A DNA stretch of 64,000 nucleotides. Source: Camelus dromedarius. Taxonomy: Eukaryota. How positions within the stretch are numbered: position 1 is the first letter of the stretch; each line of letters opens with the position of its first letter. The notes under the pieces were generated by a model that saw only the letters and a program-made list of their open reading frames with translations, searched no databases and had not been told where the DNA came from. Below are positions 52,334 to 64,000 of the stretch, in pieces. A program made the position numbers and the translations under genes. Location of the stretch: the NCBI RefSeq assembly GCF_036321535.1, contig NC_087472.1:102922001-102986000 (forward strand). The letters run 5' to 3'.

Positions 52334-53518
52334 GCAACAAAAGCAAAAATAAACAAGTGAGATTTCATTAAACTAAAAAATTTCTGCATAGCAAAGGAAA
52401 CTATCAAGAAAATGAAAAGGCAACCTACAGAATGGGAGAAAATATTTGTGAACTATATATCTGATGAAGGGTTAATGTCCAAAATATATATAGAACTCAT
52501 ACAACTCAAGCAAAAAAACCCTAACAATCTCATTTTAAAATGGGCAGAGGATTTAAATAGATATTTTTCCAAAGAAGATATACAGATGGTCAACAATTAC
52601 ATGAAAAGATGCTCGACACTGCTAAACATCAGGGAAATGCAAATCAAAACCACAATGAGATATCACCTTACACCTTTTAAGATGGCTATTATCAAAAAGA
52701 CAAGAAGTAACAAGTGTTGGTGAGTATGTGGAGATAAAAGAACCCTTGTGCACTGTTGGTGGGAATGTAAATTAGTGCAGTCACTATGGAAAACAGTATG
52801 GAGGTTCCTCAAAAAATTAAAAATAGAACTACCATATGATCTAGGAATTCCACTTCTGAGTATCTATCCAAAGCAAAAGATACATGCACCCCCATGTTCA
52901 CAGAAGTATTATTTACAATAGCCAAGACATAGAAGCAATCTAAATGTCCATCGACGATGAATGGATATAGAAAATACAGTACATACATACATACATAAAA
53001 TGGAATATTGTTTAGCCATAAAAAGAAGGAAATCTTCCCATTTGAAAAAACATGGATGGACCTTGAGGGCATTATGCTAAGTGAAATAAGTTAGACAGAG
53101 AAAGATAAACACCGTGTGACCTCACTTATATGAGAAATTAAAAAAATCGAAACCCAAGCTCATAGATACAGAGAACAGATTGGTGGCTGCCAGAGGCTGG
53201 GGGTTGGGGGTGGGCAAAACAGATGAAGGGGGTCAAAAGGCACAAAGTTCCAGTTATAAAGTAAATTATCTCACGAGGATATTACTGTATAGCATGGTGA
53301 CTATAGTTAATAATACTGTACTGCATATTTGAAAATTGCAAAGAGTAAATCTTACAGGTTCTCATCACAAGAAAAAAGTTTTGTAACTATGTATAGTGAT
53401 GGATGTTAACTAGACATTGTGGTGATCATTTCACAATATATACAAATACAGAATTCTTATATTGTACACCTGAAACTAATACAGTGTTATGTCTATTATA
53501 CCTCAATTTCAAAAAAAA
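52334..53518 (+). mobile_element. 5'-truncated L1 (L1MA-like)
   Basis: [12 protein letters not shown]...MRYHLTP; 3' UTR and A tail; TSD core ggtcaccttga at 52323-52333 and 53521-53531. Confidence 0.93.
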
Positions 53519-53578
53519 GTGGTCACCTTGAATAAAGCATTACTTAGTGCTCATGACTAAGGCCAATGGCCTAGAGGT

Positions 53579-53775
53579 CGGTGGTGTACTGCAAAATGTT
53601 TAACTGATTTTCTGGGTTAAAAAAAAAAAGCCTGATTTATAGTGTTTGCCAATTTTCATCGTGTAAATATTCCCACCATGGCCAATATAAAGCTATCAGT
53701 AAGACGTCACTAAAAGTAGAGTTGGAAAGAGGCATATGCAATTGGCTCTTATGGAGCTGGCTCCAGCACATCACT
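53579..53775. mobile_element. MER63-like hAT element
   Basis: Inverted termini cggtggtgtactg...cagcacatcactg. Confidence 0.6.
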
Positions 53776-54889
53776 GTGCCAAACCCATTGGATTTAATGC
53801 TCACCCCTCAGCTCACATTTAGTCCCTGAGCAGTAAGATCATTATGAAGAAAAACAGCTCCAGGTATCAGGATACTTTCTATTTTCAGCTTCAGTTTAAG
53901 GCAGAGACATAAACAAGCCCCTGTTGATCACACAGAAGTACCACTGAATTCACTGCCATTTTGGGAAAAAAGTCTTAGAAACCATGAAATACGGAAATGC
54001 AAACAATCTCGTTTTCCTACAATCCATTCTAATTCTTCACTACTTTAAAATCTTCCCCAATGTCAGACTGTAAAAACAACAAATGATTTCTAAAGGTTCT
54101 AAGTCAGAAAATCAGTAAAAAACAAATTTCACCTTGTCTACAATTCCTTACTGCCCATAAGGATGACATTTGTCAAATAAACTCTTTCTCTCATCTGAAA
54201 AATCAACCATCAATTTAATAATGGATGGACTCTGGATATAGTATTCCCATAGATGCTGAAGTTTAGATCGCTCCAGGATGCAGAGCAGGGCCACAAATGA
54301 GAACCAAGCACCAGCATGTTTTAGCACCTGATGCATCATCTGTCGATTGCCAAAGCACTAAAGCCTTGTAATCCACTCTAGGAGAGGCCCTTGGGACATA
54401 ACTTGCAGCTTATTTTCTCACAAGCCTGACATCTTTGATCATCGGACTTCTCAGACCTCAGAGATTAGAAGTTGAAGAAACTTTCAAGAACCCAGTGTAC
54501 TATTAAGAGCCATGACAGCTGCTATCTGACAGCCCAGCATGTTGCTTTATACAGTGGTTCCTAATATTCGCCTAAAAATTTAGAAAAGAAAATCCTGCTG
54601 ATTTTCATCCCAGCAAAACATTTAAGGTTCCTAAATTATCACTCTGAGTCATCGTGGAAAGATGATTCTGATCTCATCGTCTGTGTGATGTAAGTAAAAT
54701 ACATGATACATTTTGGAAACATTCTCATCAAATAGTTTTTAAAAGTGCAATCTTCAATACTTATATAGGAAATAAATAACTTAATCCTTGGAGATGTGAT
54801 ATTGCTGTAGTTCTATACTTTAAGGCACTAAAATATAGAATGCCTACTGAGTACATGGCATTTAGGGGATTAAGACTCATAGAACAAGA

Positions 54890-55335
54890 TAATGGCTATT
54901 GCTGTTGTGCCCAGATCCCTTTACTCAATCCAGACATCCCTCCCCCAGATGCTGTGAGTGTTGGCTATTAATGTCTTGCAGCTGCCTCCTTGTCTAGAAA
55001 ATTGTCATTGATTGGAAGCTGTGTCACTGGGCAGGTCATTTCCTGCAAGAGGCAGCTTATTTCCATTAATTTAGTGACAAATAAGCACAAAAGCCCTCCC
55101 ACTCTCACATTTGCCTAAAGGTGGAACCAACTTTGTAGTGCAATTTGTGCTCTAGAGCTTCCCACAGGATCAACCTGAAATAGCCTCCAGCTGAGATCGC
55201 AGCCCTGCTTAACTCCTTCCTTTGTCCTGTCTCATTCCTCTCAATCCTGTTTTCCTAAGAACATTTCGTCAATAGAGCATTTGCAAAAGAATCCAAATCT
55301 TAGGGTCTACTTCTGAAGTAGCCAATCTAAGACAG
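54890..55335 (+). mobile_element. LTR16-like ERVL LTR
   Basis: gcccagatccctttact...; ends aagaatccaaatcttagggtctacttctgaagtagccaatctaagaca. Confidence 0.6.
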
Positions 55336-57122
55336 ACTTACACCTTTTTCTCAAGAATATAAGCCATATATTAAAGTCAGCTCAGCTATTAATTGAACAC
55401 TGATTGCATGTAGAGGATTAAAAATGAAAGTGGATGTAAAGGATATATCCATTCCTAGCTAAGATAGAATAATAAGCACCAGATTTACTTTCTTGCCAAA
55501 AGAAAAAATGGGCAAAATGTATGAAAAATGGTTTTCATGATGCTATCATCAAGTAACAAAAGACGATGATCTCTGAGGGACAAAAAGTAAATGAGATGAA
55601 CCCTATGATTTCCCCAGCTTACCGCATGGAGAAAGGAACCAGGACAGTCCTGACTGACTCTTGAGTTGAGAATGTAGAGCTGGGAGGTTAGGGTAGCAAA
55701 AACTAGCAGGGCAGAATACCAAAGAGGAGAAGGCTACATAGAAAGAGAACTCCGGAGATCAACAGAGAGTGCCTCTTGAATATTCAACATACGGGTCAGC
55801 ACATGCATGTGAGGAAAAGAACACCAGAGAAATTTAAAGAGAGAAATCCCTGGAGATCACACAGGCCAAGAACAGTACTCATTCCTAGCAGGCTGCATGG
55901 AAAAATTATAATTCACAGCGCATTGGGTAGAATACTAAAAAGGATTTTGCCTCAGTAATGAGGGAAAAATAGCATTAGACTACACAACACACTCGTCTCA
56001 CCTAATAACACTTAAAAGCAAGACTCAAAGGTATCAGACTGTTTCTAAGTAACTTAACTACACCCCAGAAGAAAGTTCAAGAATATTTATAGGAATTCAA
56101 AAATATGCAGTACCCTACAAGGTAAAATTCACAATATGTGACATCTGGCAAAAAATTACCAGGCATGCAAAGCAGAAAAAATGACCCCAAATTAGGAAAA
56201 AAAAATCAGTCAATTAAAACTGACTCAGAAATGACACAAATGCAAGAATTAAAAAATTGCTTATAACTGTATTCCATATGTTCAAAATATAAAGGAAATA
56301 TTGAGCATGTTAGAGACATGAAAGATTTGAAAAAGACCCAATTTAAACTCCTAAAGATTAAAATTACACTGAGATGAAAAATACACTCAGTAGAATTCAT
56401 GGCAGGTTAGATACTACAAAGAAATACCGGTAAACCTGAATACTTAGCAAGAGGAACAATCCAAAATAAAACACTCAAGAACAGAGCATCAGTGGTCTGT
56501 GAAATAACTTCAGATGGACAAATATATATATAATTGTCACCTCCAAAAGACAAAGGAATGGAGAGGACAGAAAACATATTTGAAGAAATAATGGATAAAA
56601 TATTTCAAAATGATGAAGACTGTAAGCCCATAGGTTCAAGAAGCTAAACAAACCACATATGCAAGAAACATGAGGAAAACCACATAAGACACATCATAAT
56701 CAATTTTTTTAAAACCAGTGATAATAGGAAAATATTAAAAGCAGCCAGAGGAAAAAATTCATATTAAGTACAGTAAAACAAAGACAATGATAATAAATTT
56801 CTGATCATAAACAATGCAAGCCAGAGGACAGTGGGACAATATCTCTAAAATACTGGAAGAAAAAACTCTCAACTAGAATTCTATACCCAGCAAAAATATC
56901 TTTCAAAAAATGGAGCCAAAATAGACTTTTTTCCAGGCATACAAAAAAATGAAAGAATTTATTACAAGCAGGCCTGTATACAAGAAATATTAAAGGAGGA
57001 AAATTATAATAGATGAAAATCTTGATCTACGCAAAAGAAGAGCACTGGAAATAGTAACCATGTGGGTAAACTTAAAGAAATGTTCTCATTATGTAAGTCT
57101 CTTTAAAAGATAATCAGCTACT

Positions 57123-57126
57123 AGAG

Positions 57127-57159
<33 letters not shown>

Positions 57160-57635
57160 ATATTACTCAACCATAAAAAAGAGTGAAATCTCGCCATTTG
57201 GGACAACATAGATAGACATGGAGAGTATTATACTTAGCGAAGTAAGTCAGACAGGGAAAAACAAATACTGTATGTTTTCACTTATATATGGGATTTAAAA
57301 AACAAAACAGAGGAAGAAATATAACAAAACAAAAACAGAATCACAGATACAGGGAACAAACTACTGGTTACCAGACTGGAGAGAGGTGCCTGGAGGAGTG
57401 AAATAGGTGAAGGAATTAAAAGGTACAAACTTCCAGTTATAAAATTAATAAATTATAAGTGTGTAATGTACAGCACAGGGACTATAGTCAATATTTCATA
57501 ATAATTTTGTATGGTGTGTAATCTATAAATATATCAAATTATTATGTTGTAGACCTAAAACTAATATAATTTTGTAGGTCAAAAATACACTTCAACAAAA
57601 AATTTAATAAAATAAAATAAAAATGTGACTTTAAA
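57123..57635 (+). mobile_element. Nested 5'-truncated L1 3' end with (CA)n at its 5' edge
   Basis: TSD aaaagataat(c/t)agctact at 57105-57122 and 57636-57653. Confidence 0.9.
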
Positions 57636-58034
57636 AAAAGATAATTAGCTACTTAAATCAAAAGTAACAAAAATGTATTTGGGGGTTTATGACATATGTA
57701 GAAGTAAAACGTATGAAAACAATAGCACAAGAGTCAGGAGGGGAGAAATGGTACACTGTATTAAGGTCCTTATACTATATAGGAAGTAGTATAGTATCAC
57801 TTGAAAGTAGACTGTGATAAGGTAAAGATATATATTATAAATTGTAAAGTCACTACTACAATAACACACAAAAAGTTAAAGATAAGAAGTCACAAAGGAG
57901 ATAAAATGGAATCATAAAAATTACTTAATCTAAAAGATGGGAGAAAAAGAGGAAAAAGAAGCAAATAACAGATGGGAAAAAAAGAAAGTAAATAGATGGT
58001 AGATATAAATCAAACCATATCTATAATCACATAC

Positions 58035-58524
58035 ATGGTGGAAAGACTCTAAGATGGCCCCCAGTTATCTCTGTCTCCTTGTATTCATGCCCTTGTTTAA
58101 TTATCTCCAGTGACTTGCTTCTAACCAATAGAATTTAAGATGTCCATGATTGCTACATAAGATTGTAATTTCCATCTTGCAAGCAGACTCTATCTTCAAT
58201 TTCCCTTGCTAGCTTTGAATAAGCTGCCATACAAAGAAGTCCACGTGGCAAGGAACTGAAGGTGGCCTTCATTCTGACAGCATGCAAGGAATCCTGCCAA
58301 TAACATTAACTTAGAAATAGATTCTTCTTCAGTCGAGCCTCAGATGAGACACTAGCCCTGCCTGACACTTGGATTGCAACTTTGTGAGATATCCTGAAGC
58401 AGAGGACTCAGCTAGGCTGTGCCTGAATTCCTGACCCACAGAAAAAGTGAGATAATAAATGTGTGTTGTTTCAAGCTGCTAAGTTTGTGGTAATATTATT
58501 CTGCAGCAATAAATCACTAACAAA
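58035..58524 (+). mobile_element. MaLR LTR (MLT1D/E-like) nested in old L1
   Basis: gactctaagatggccccca; gtgacttgcttctaaccaatagaat; gctaagtttgtggtaattattctgcagcaata. Confidence 0.85.
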
Positions 58525-61329
58525 ACATTAAATGTAAATGGTTTAAACACCCAATTAAAATGAAAATTGTCATAATGAATTAAAAAAACCAAGATCCAAC
58601 TCTATGCTATTTTAAGAAATACACTTTAAATATAAAGGCTCAAGTAGGTTAAAAATAAAAAGATGAGAAAAGATATATTGTGTTATTCTGATCTAAAATA
58701 AAGCAAGGTTTGCTATATTAATATAAGACAAAGTATATTTCAGAGTAAATATTATTAATAAGAGTAAAGATGGTCATTTCATAAACATTCCAATTCAACA
58801 AGAGGACATGACAATTCTAAATTTATATGCACCTAGTAACAGAATTACTACATGAATTAAAAACTGATAGAAGTATAAGGAGAAATAGACAAATCCATAA
58901 TTGTACTTCAAGATTTCCCCACCCTTTTCTCAATAATTGAAAGAACAAGTAGAAAACAAACAAGGATATAGAAGACTTGACCACTATCAACCAAATGCCT
59001 AATTAACATATATGCAACACTTCAAAATTTGCAAAATACACATTCTTTTCAAGTGCACAAAGAACATTTACCAAAATAGAGCGTATCCTCGCCCATAAAA
59101 CAAATCTTGTCTCTTTTTCCCTGTGGTATCCTTAAAAGTGTAAAAATTTAATCTCTATCCTTAACCTCACTGAAGTTGTCAATGGGATTATATGGGGAGG
59201 AGGATTAGCAGGGCAAATCTCTCATACAAAGTATGCCAAATGCCAGCTTTGAGAAAGGAATACTTTTCAAAAGGAGAGAAAAAGATACTAGTTCACTTCT
59301 TCCGGAGCTCTGAGAGTCAGCTGAGTTAGATGCTCAAACATGGTGTGTTCTAAATGGAACCCCATGGGTCTGGACTAATGTATGGTCATAACAGATTAAA
59401 TCTATTGTTATGAAAAATTTTGAGGTCTAGCTACTTTTGGCTCAAAGACATTATGTCTGTTATCAAAATTTGTTTAAATAAGATGGTATTACATAATCAG
59501 TAATAGCATAGTAAACAAAACCCACCAAGAAACCCAGTATCTCACTGGGGGAGATATTTCTATGAATACACTTCATGATAGTATTGCTGTGTCCAAGAGG
59601 GAACATAACTTGGCGTGCAAGAGAATTTAAGATGATGCTGTATAACTTGCTCACTCCATCTGAAATCGATCAATAGTCCAATTCAACACAGCTACAACGT
59701 TGAATCAATAATTATCTGTAAAACCTAAGCTATCAATGGGAAAATAATTTACACAGAGTTGCACTGACAGTAAACAAATGAGAAACTCCATAAAAAGGGA
59801 AAACAATGTTTCTGTTGGGTTGCTATAGAAAATCCTCAGGAATGTGCAAAGCATAATTAATTGGGTGGCAGTTCCTGGAACAGGTTATGATGATCCTAAA
59901 AAGCTTCAGGTTATTCAAATTCACTTTAGTGCTGAGTACTACTGGGCAATTTTATAAAGAAAAGAGAAAGAACTGGGTAACTACAGTAAGGACAATTTTT
60001 TAAAGAGAGAAATCTTTTGCAAATTGGTAGAAGCATTCTGGAGGACAGTATCTATCAAAACGCAAAATGTGTGTACCTTTTAGTCCCAAAATGCTCACTG
60101 CTCAGATATGTTCACAAAATTGACTCCTCAGATATGCCCCCAAAGGTATGTATCATTTAGAACACTTTTCTACCCAGTAACAGAAAATCAGTGCAATCCA
60201 GCTTAATAAAGGGGGCTTGTTGGCTCACAGACTTGGAAAATTCAGGCGTAAGGTGGTTAATAGTTTGGGTTGTTTTTTGGAAAGTGAAGGAAAGGCCAAT
60301 AGAAGAATGGAAAGGTGTGAGAGGGACAAGAAGGGAGCCAATATAGGGAATAGTATCAAGCTAATTTCCACTGTGGACAACCAGAGTTTAATTCCACTAG
60401 GGAAACCCTGAAAGCCAGTGTAAAACATGCCTCAGAGGTAATCCACCCCGGCAGGAGGGGTATTTATACCATGAGTCACTGGTTGAGAGTTGTCCCTGAC
60501 AGTCATTCATTCCATGCTGCTATGCAAACAGCAAAAGAGACTCCAGCAAAGAGAAACCTCTCAAGCAAAGATTTCAGTACTGACAGTTAGAAGTCATGCC
60601 AGTGTGCACTGAAGTGGTAAAGACAAGTGGATATGGGTAGGGAACCAATAAGATCTGCCTAAGATGGACTTCAGGGTTGGGTGATCCAGCAGCTGAACAA
60701 TGTGATAAGATTCTCTCTTCTCCACTCTGATTTCCAGAGTTAATTTTATCTAACCAATGTTTTCCATAGTGGTCACTATGATTATCAGTCCCATTTGGGT
60801 TTACAGATATTGTAAATATAGAAAGCACTTTGGTGTCAATGTTCCAAGTGACAATGCTCATGGTTAGCCTAATTATACTAAATTAAGGCATAAGCATACC
60901 TCTAATTTTGTTACATGGCTTAACTCAATCAGAATCAATCCCCAGAGATAAGGATGGGCTATCCTCCTCAGACAGAAAAGCTGGGTACCGTTGAGAAGGG
61001 AGAAGTTAGGTGTGGATGCTGGGTAGTTCAACTAAAACTTCACGGTGATATGTGTGTTAAGATGTTAACTGCAACCTTCTTTGCAATAGCATCTGAAGTG
61101 TGTGTCAATAGGGGACTTATATTTAAACAAATTATGGTACATTCTTAGTATGGAACCTTTGCAGTAGTAGATCTTAATGCTCTGATATAAATGGATATGT
61201 GTCCAAGATGTGTCCAGATTATGTGTCCAAGATATATTAAACAATAAAGGCATGTGGACATTAGTGTGTAAAGAAAATTGCTTTTGTAAATTAAAAAGCA
61301 GGTAGAAAATAGAAAATTTGTTATCTTAA

Positions 61330-61815
61330 AGCCTAAACAGCCAAAGACCACCAAGGATAAGCTAGTAGTATGACAAGGTCAGATTTATTGTCTTGATGCA
61401 GTGAGGCAGGGCCCTCCAGGAGAATGGTGGAAATATCTTTTATAAGGTTTGGGTTCTTGCTGAAGGATTCTGAGGAGGGTGCAAGGGAGTGGCAACCAGT
61501 TCTTCGTTGGTTGCTTTCCCGAGGCAGCATTAGGAGACTGAGTGCTATCTTAAGATGAGGGGACTTTAGCAAGATTGGGTCTCTTGATAATAGATGCGTA
61601 GAGCAAAGTAGGGCTTTGGGGCAGTCATCAGTAAGAAAGCAGGAGCCACTCAAAGAGGGGCCATTATAGCGTTTTACAGCTGCTGCATAATCATGGGAGA
61701 AAGAATGTTTTCTGTTAACTTTGCATTTGATTTTATCTGTGTCTATCCCCCTAGCTTTAATGGTGGAAGGGCTCCTTTTTATCTTTTTCAGTTTGAGCTG
61801 ATTTCTATTCCTTCA
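61330..61815 (-). mobile_element. Probable old LTR
   Basis: Reverse poly(A) signal (tttatt, about 61384) near one end and LTR-like length and composition; family not recognised. Confidence 0.4.
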
Positions 61816-62201
61816 GTCCCAGATAGGTTTTTCTAAGAAATACTAAGAAACTGTTAACAGTGGTCATCTTTGGAAAGTGGATTGAGTTGGAAAGGTGAGC
61901 AGGAAAAGATGCCCACACTATTTACTTGCATCTTTCTGTTTTTCTTAGATTTTCTAAACATGACCATAAGATAATTTTGGTACATTTTTAAATGTTAACA
62001 TGGATTCTCTGAGCAGTGAGAATATGACCCTTTTTGTTTGGTTGTTTTCTTCTTTTTATCTGTATTTTGCCAAGAACAAATGTTATTTAAAAATAATAAT
62101 AGACACTCCCTGCTTACCAAAAAGTCAGCAGTCTGACTGTCACCACAGTCTAAACCTGGGGCCCAGAAATGAGCCTTGCCAACCCATCCTCCTTGCCTTC
62201 T

Positions 62202-63054
62202 TCTTCTTTTTTTTTTTTTTTTGAAAGAAAATCACTTTATTCTAATTCATTGACAAACAATAACATAAGAAAAGCATGTTTAAGAGGCCACATAGACATC
62301 TGCTCAGCCCCAAACTCAATACATCTCAATGAACTTCTATTTAGCAAGAACACACTCTTCCACTGCAATTCGGAAGCAAAAAAGCTATTAATGATAGAGG
62401 AGAGAGAGGTTTAACTGGTGGTTTCACACTTTATATCTTCACTATCAATTATATTTTTATGCTAAATCAACTTGGTCATGAGAGATGATTCTTCACATCT
62501 TCAACTGGAACTTCTTGATTAAGCTAATCCATTCGCCAGTCTGCACTGTTTCAGCAAGGTTACACAAAGCTTAAAGTCACCCTGGTTCTGGGTGACTTTC
62601 ATGCCATAAAATACAAGTACACTCCAAAAACTGTTTCACCTCAAAGAAGCATGGGCCAGACTGCTCCTGCTGTGTGGGCTGGGCTCCCTGAGACTCCTGG
62701 TAAGTGATGTCAGGCCTTGAGGGCTCAGCATTACTCTTGCCACTCAAGCCCCCAGTGATGGTACGACCTAGCGTGTGGCAGACAACAGAACCCACAGCCA
62801 CGCCAGCTGCAGTGGCTGCCATCTGGGCCAACAGACCTGGCTGCCAGGGTGCAGCAGCAGGGGAGCCAATAGCAGATGGTGGAGCCACTGCTGGCGGCTG
62901 AGGTGCTGACACTGGCCTGGGTGCAGCTCTCATCTGAGGTGCCCCGCTGGCTGGAGGGGCCATGCAGGAAGTGCGGCTTCGGCTTCCACAGGCATCGCAA
63001 CTGCGCAGCAAATACTCTGGAAGAGCAAGACTCCGAGGGGACGCTGGCGACTTC
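62202..63054 (-). pseudogene. CHCHD2: CHCHD2 processed pseudogene (full-length mRNA copy: 5' UTR, disrupted CDS, 3' UTR, poly(A))
   Basis: The translation GSRSRTSCMAPPASGAPQMRAAPRP...PGLLAQMAATAAGVAVGSVVCHTLG...PDITYQE...CFFEVKQFLEC matches CHCHD2, with the end LKQCRLANGLA* in another frame (stop 62519-62521). Intronless. AATAAA at 62236-62241 (minus) and poly-T to 62222. TSD cctccttgccttct at 62188-62201 and 63055-63068. Lesions: 1-nt deletion just after the native ATG (62993-62995), 25-nt insertion at 62594-62618, and a deletion/substitution near 62557-62562. Confidence 0.96.
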
Positions 63055-64000
63055 CCTCCTTGCCTTCTAATATGCGGTTGCTACCTGCCTCTCTTGGTCA
63101 TTCTTTCTATGCTCAATCTTTACTGCACCAGCCCTGCCCTTAACAAAGGGTTGCCAATTTGGAGTGCGACCAATCAGAGGGTACCCATCACTGCACAGGG
63201 TGCTCAGGTACTGTACTGGGACTAGAGAGCACTGTTCGAAACATAAAGCTCAGCAATAAGATCCTGCCTCTCTTCTCCCCCTAACTCAGCCTTCCCCAAA
63301 GACCACGCACCTGTCAGTGCTGATAAATTATGTGTTATTGTTGCAACCTCTTCCTGCCAGAGACAAACATTCATCTTGTAATATGTCAATAGAAATGTAG
63401 TTGAGGAGCAGGTATGCTCATTTTATAATACACTTTGAGTTGACTAATAGGATAGATAACTCAGGAGAGAAACCAAAAGACATAAAGATACTTGTATTTT
63501 ATGGCATGAAAGTTCAGTAAAGTACCTCCCCCAAGTGCCTCCCCTAAGTGCTCCTCCCATTAGCAAAGGGATTTTTAATTTAGAAGATTGACTTAGAATG
63601 TTATAATTTGGGAGATTTGCTACAGGAGAAGTATGCTGTTTGTAGTCATATGACTAGGATAAAGAACCAAGTGCATGACCAAATAGAAAACTCCCTTTTT
63701 GAGCCACTATAACAAAACCAGTGACAAATACTGAGAGCCTTCTGTGGGAGCACATATCGACTGGTTTTATGACATTCCTACCAGGCCATTATTTTTCCAA
63801 AGACTGATTCAGAAAATCTGCTAGTGACACACAGGAGTATTATCTATTCAAAAATTGCATGAGCTTTTCTAGGGCCAAGATCAACCATTGTTTATAAACA
63901 CAGAGAAAAATCTACTATAATATTGAGTCTGAAATCAAATTTCAACTATTTTGTGAACAGTTGAGAAATAATTATTTCAGTTATTTTCCTATCTTTGCTG

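Larger units (their letters stand above)
55450..59108 (+). mobile_element. Old L1 5' region (5' UTR, ORF1, start of ORF2) with nested L1 and MLT1 insertions
   Basis: ORF1 relic (atttgaagaaataatgg; attaaaagcagccagagg; ctagaattctatacccagcaaaaatatctttcaaaa) and ORF2 endonuclease start (ttaaatgtaaatggtttaaacacccaattaaaa; tatatgcacctagtaacaga). Confidence 0.85.

Noticed and set aside
61197..61235. Short triple repeat of atgtgtcca(a)gat
   Set aside because: Small slippage duplication inside a decayed L1-like relic; no further structure.

Overview
Mammalian, AT-rich, repeat-dense DNA that is intergenic or deep intronic. It is most likely camelid: there is a tRNA-derived Vic-1-like SINE and camelid-type young L1 3' ends, and I see no Alu, B1/B2, Bov-tA/BovB or PRE1. 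I find no intact protein-coding gene and no CpG island. The ORF track is explained by L1 ORF1/ORF2 relics, LTR or microsatellite sequence, chance ORFs and one processed pseudogene. The best-supported features are a full-length CHCHD2 retropseudogene (62202-63054, minus, poly(A), 14-bp TSD), a 34-nt tailless U2 snRNA retrocopy with an exact 18-bp TSD, many nested L1/SINE/LTR insertions with readable TSDs, and a cluster of ERV1-type LTRs in the first 22 kb. The most unusual observations concern mutational mechanism: (i) a 25-nt insertion in the CHCHD2 copy that is an exact inverted copy of sequence about 870 bp away; (ii) a probable L1 3' transduction; (iii) two independently inserted, closely spaced, inverted young L1s. 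I do not see evidence for a new multi-gene biological system. Repeat subfamily names come from recognition by eye, not a database search, and the boundaries of old repeats are approximate.
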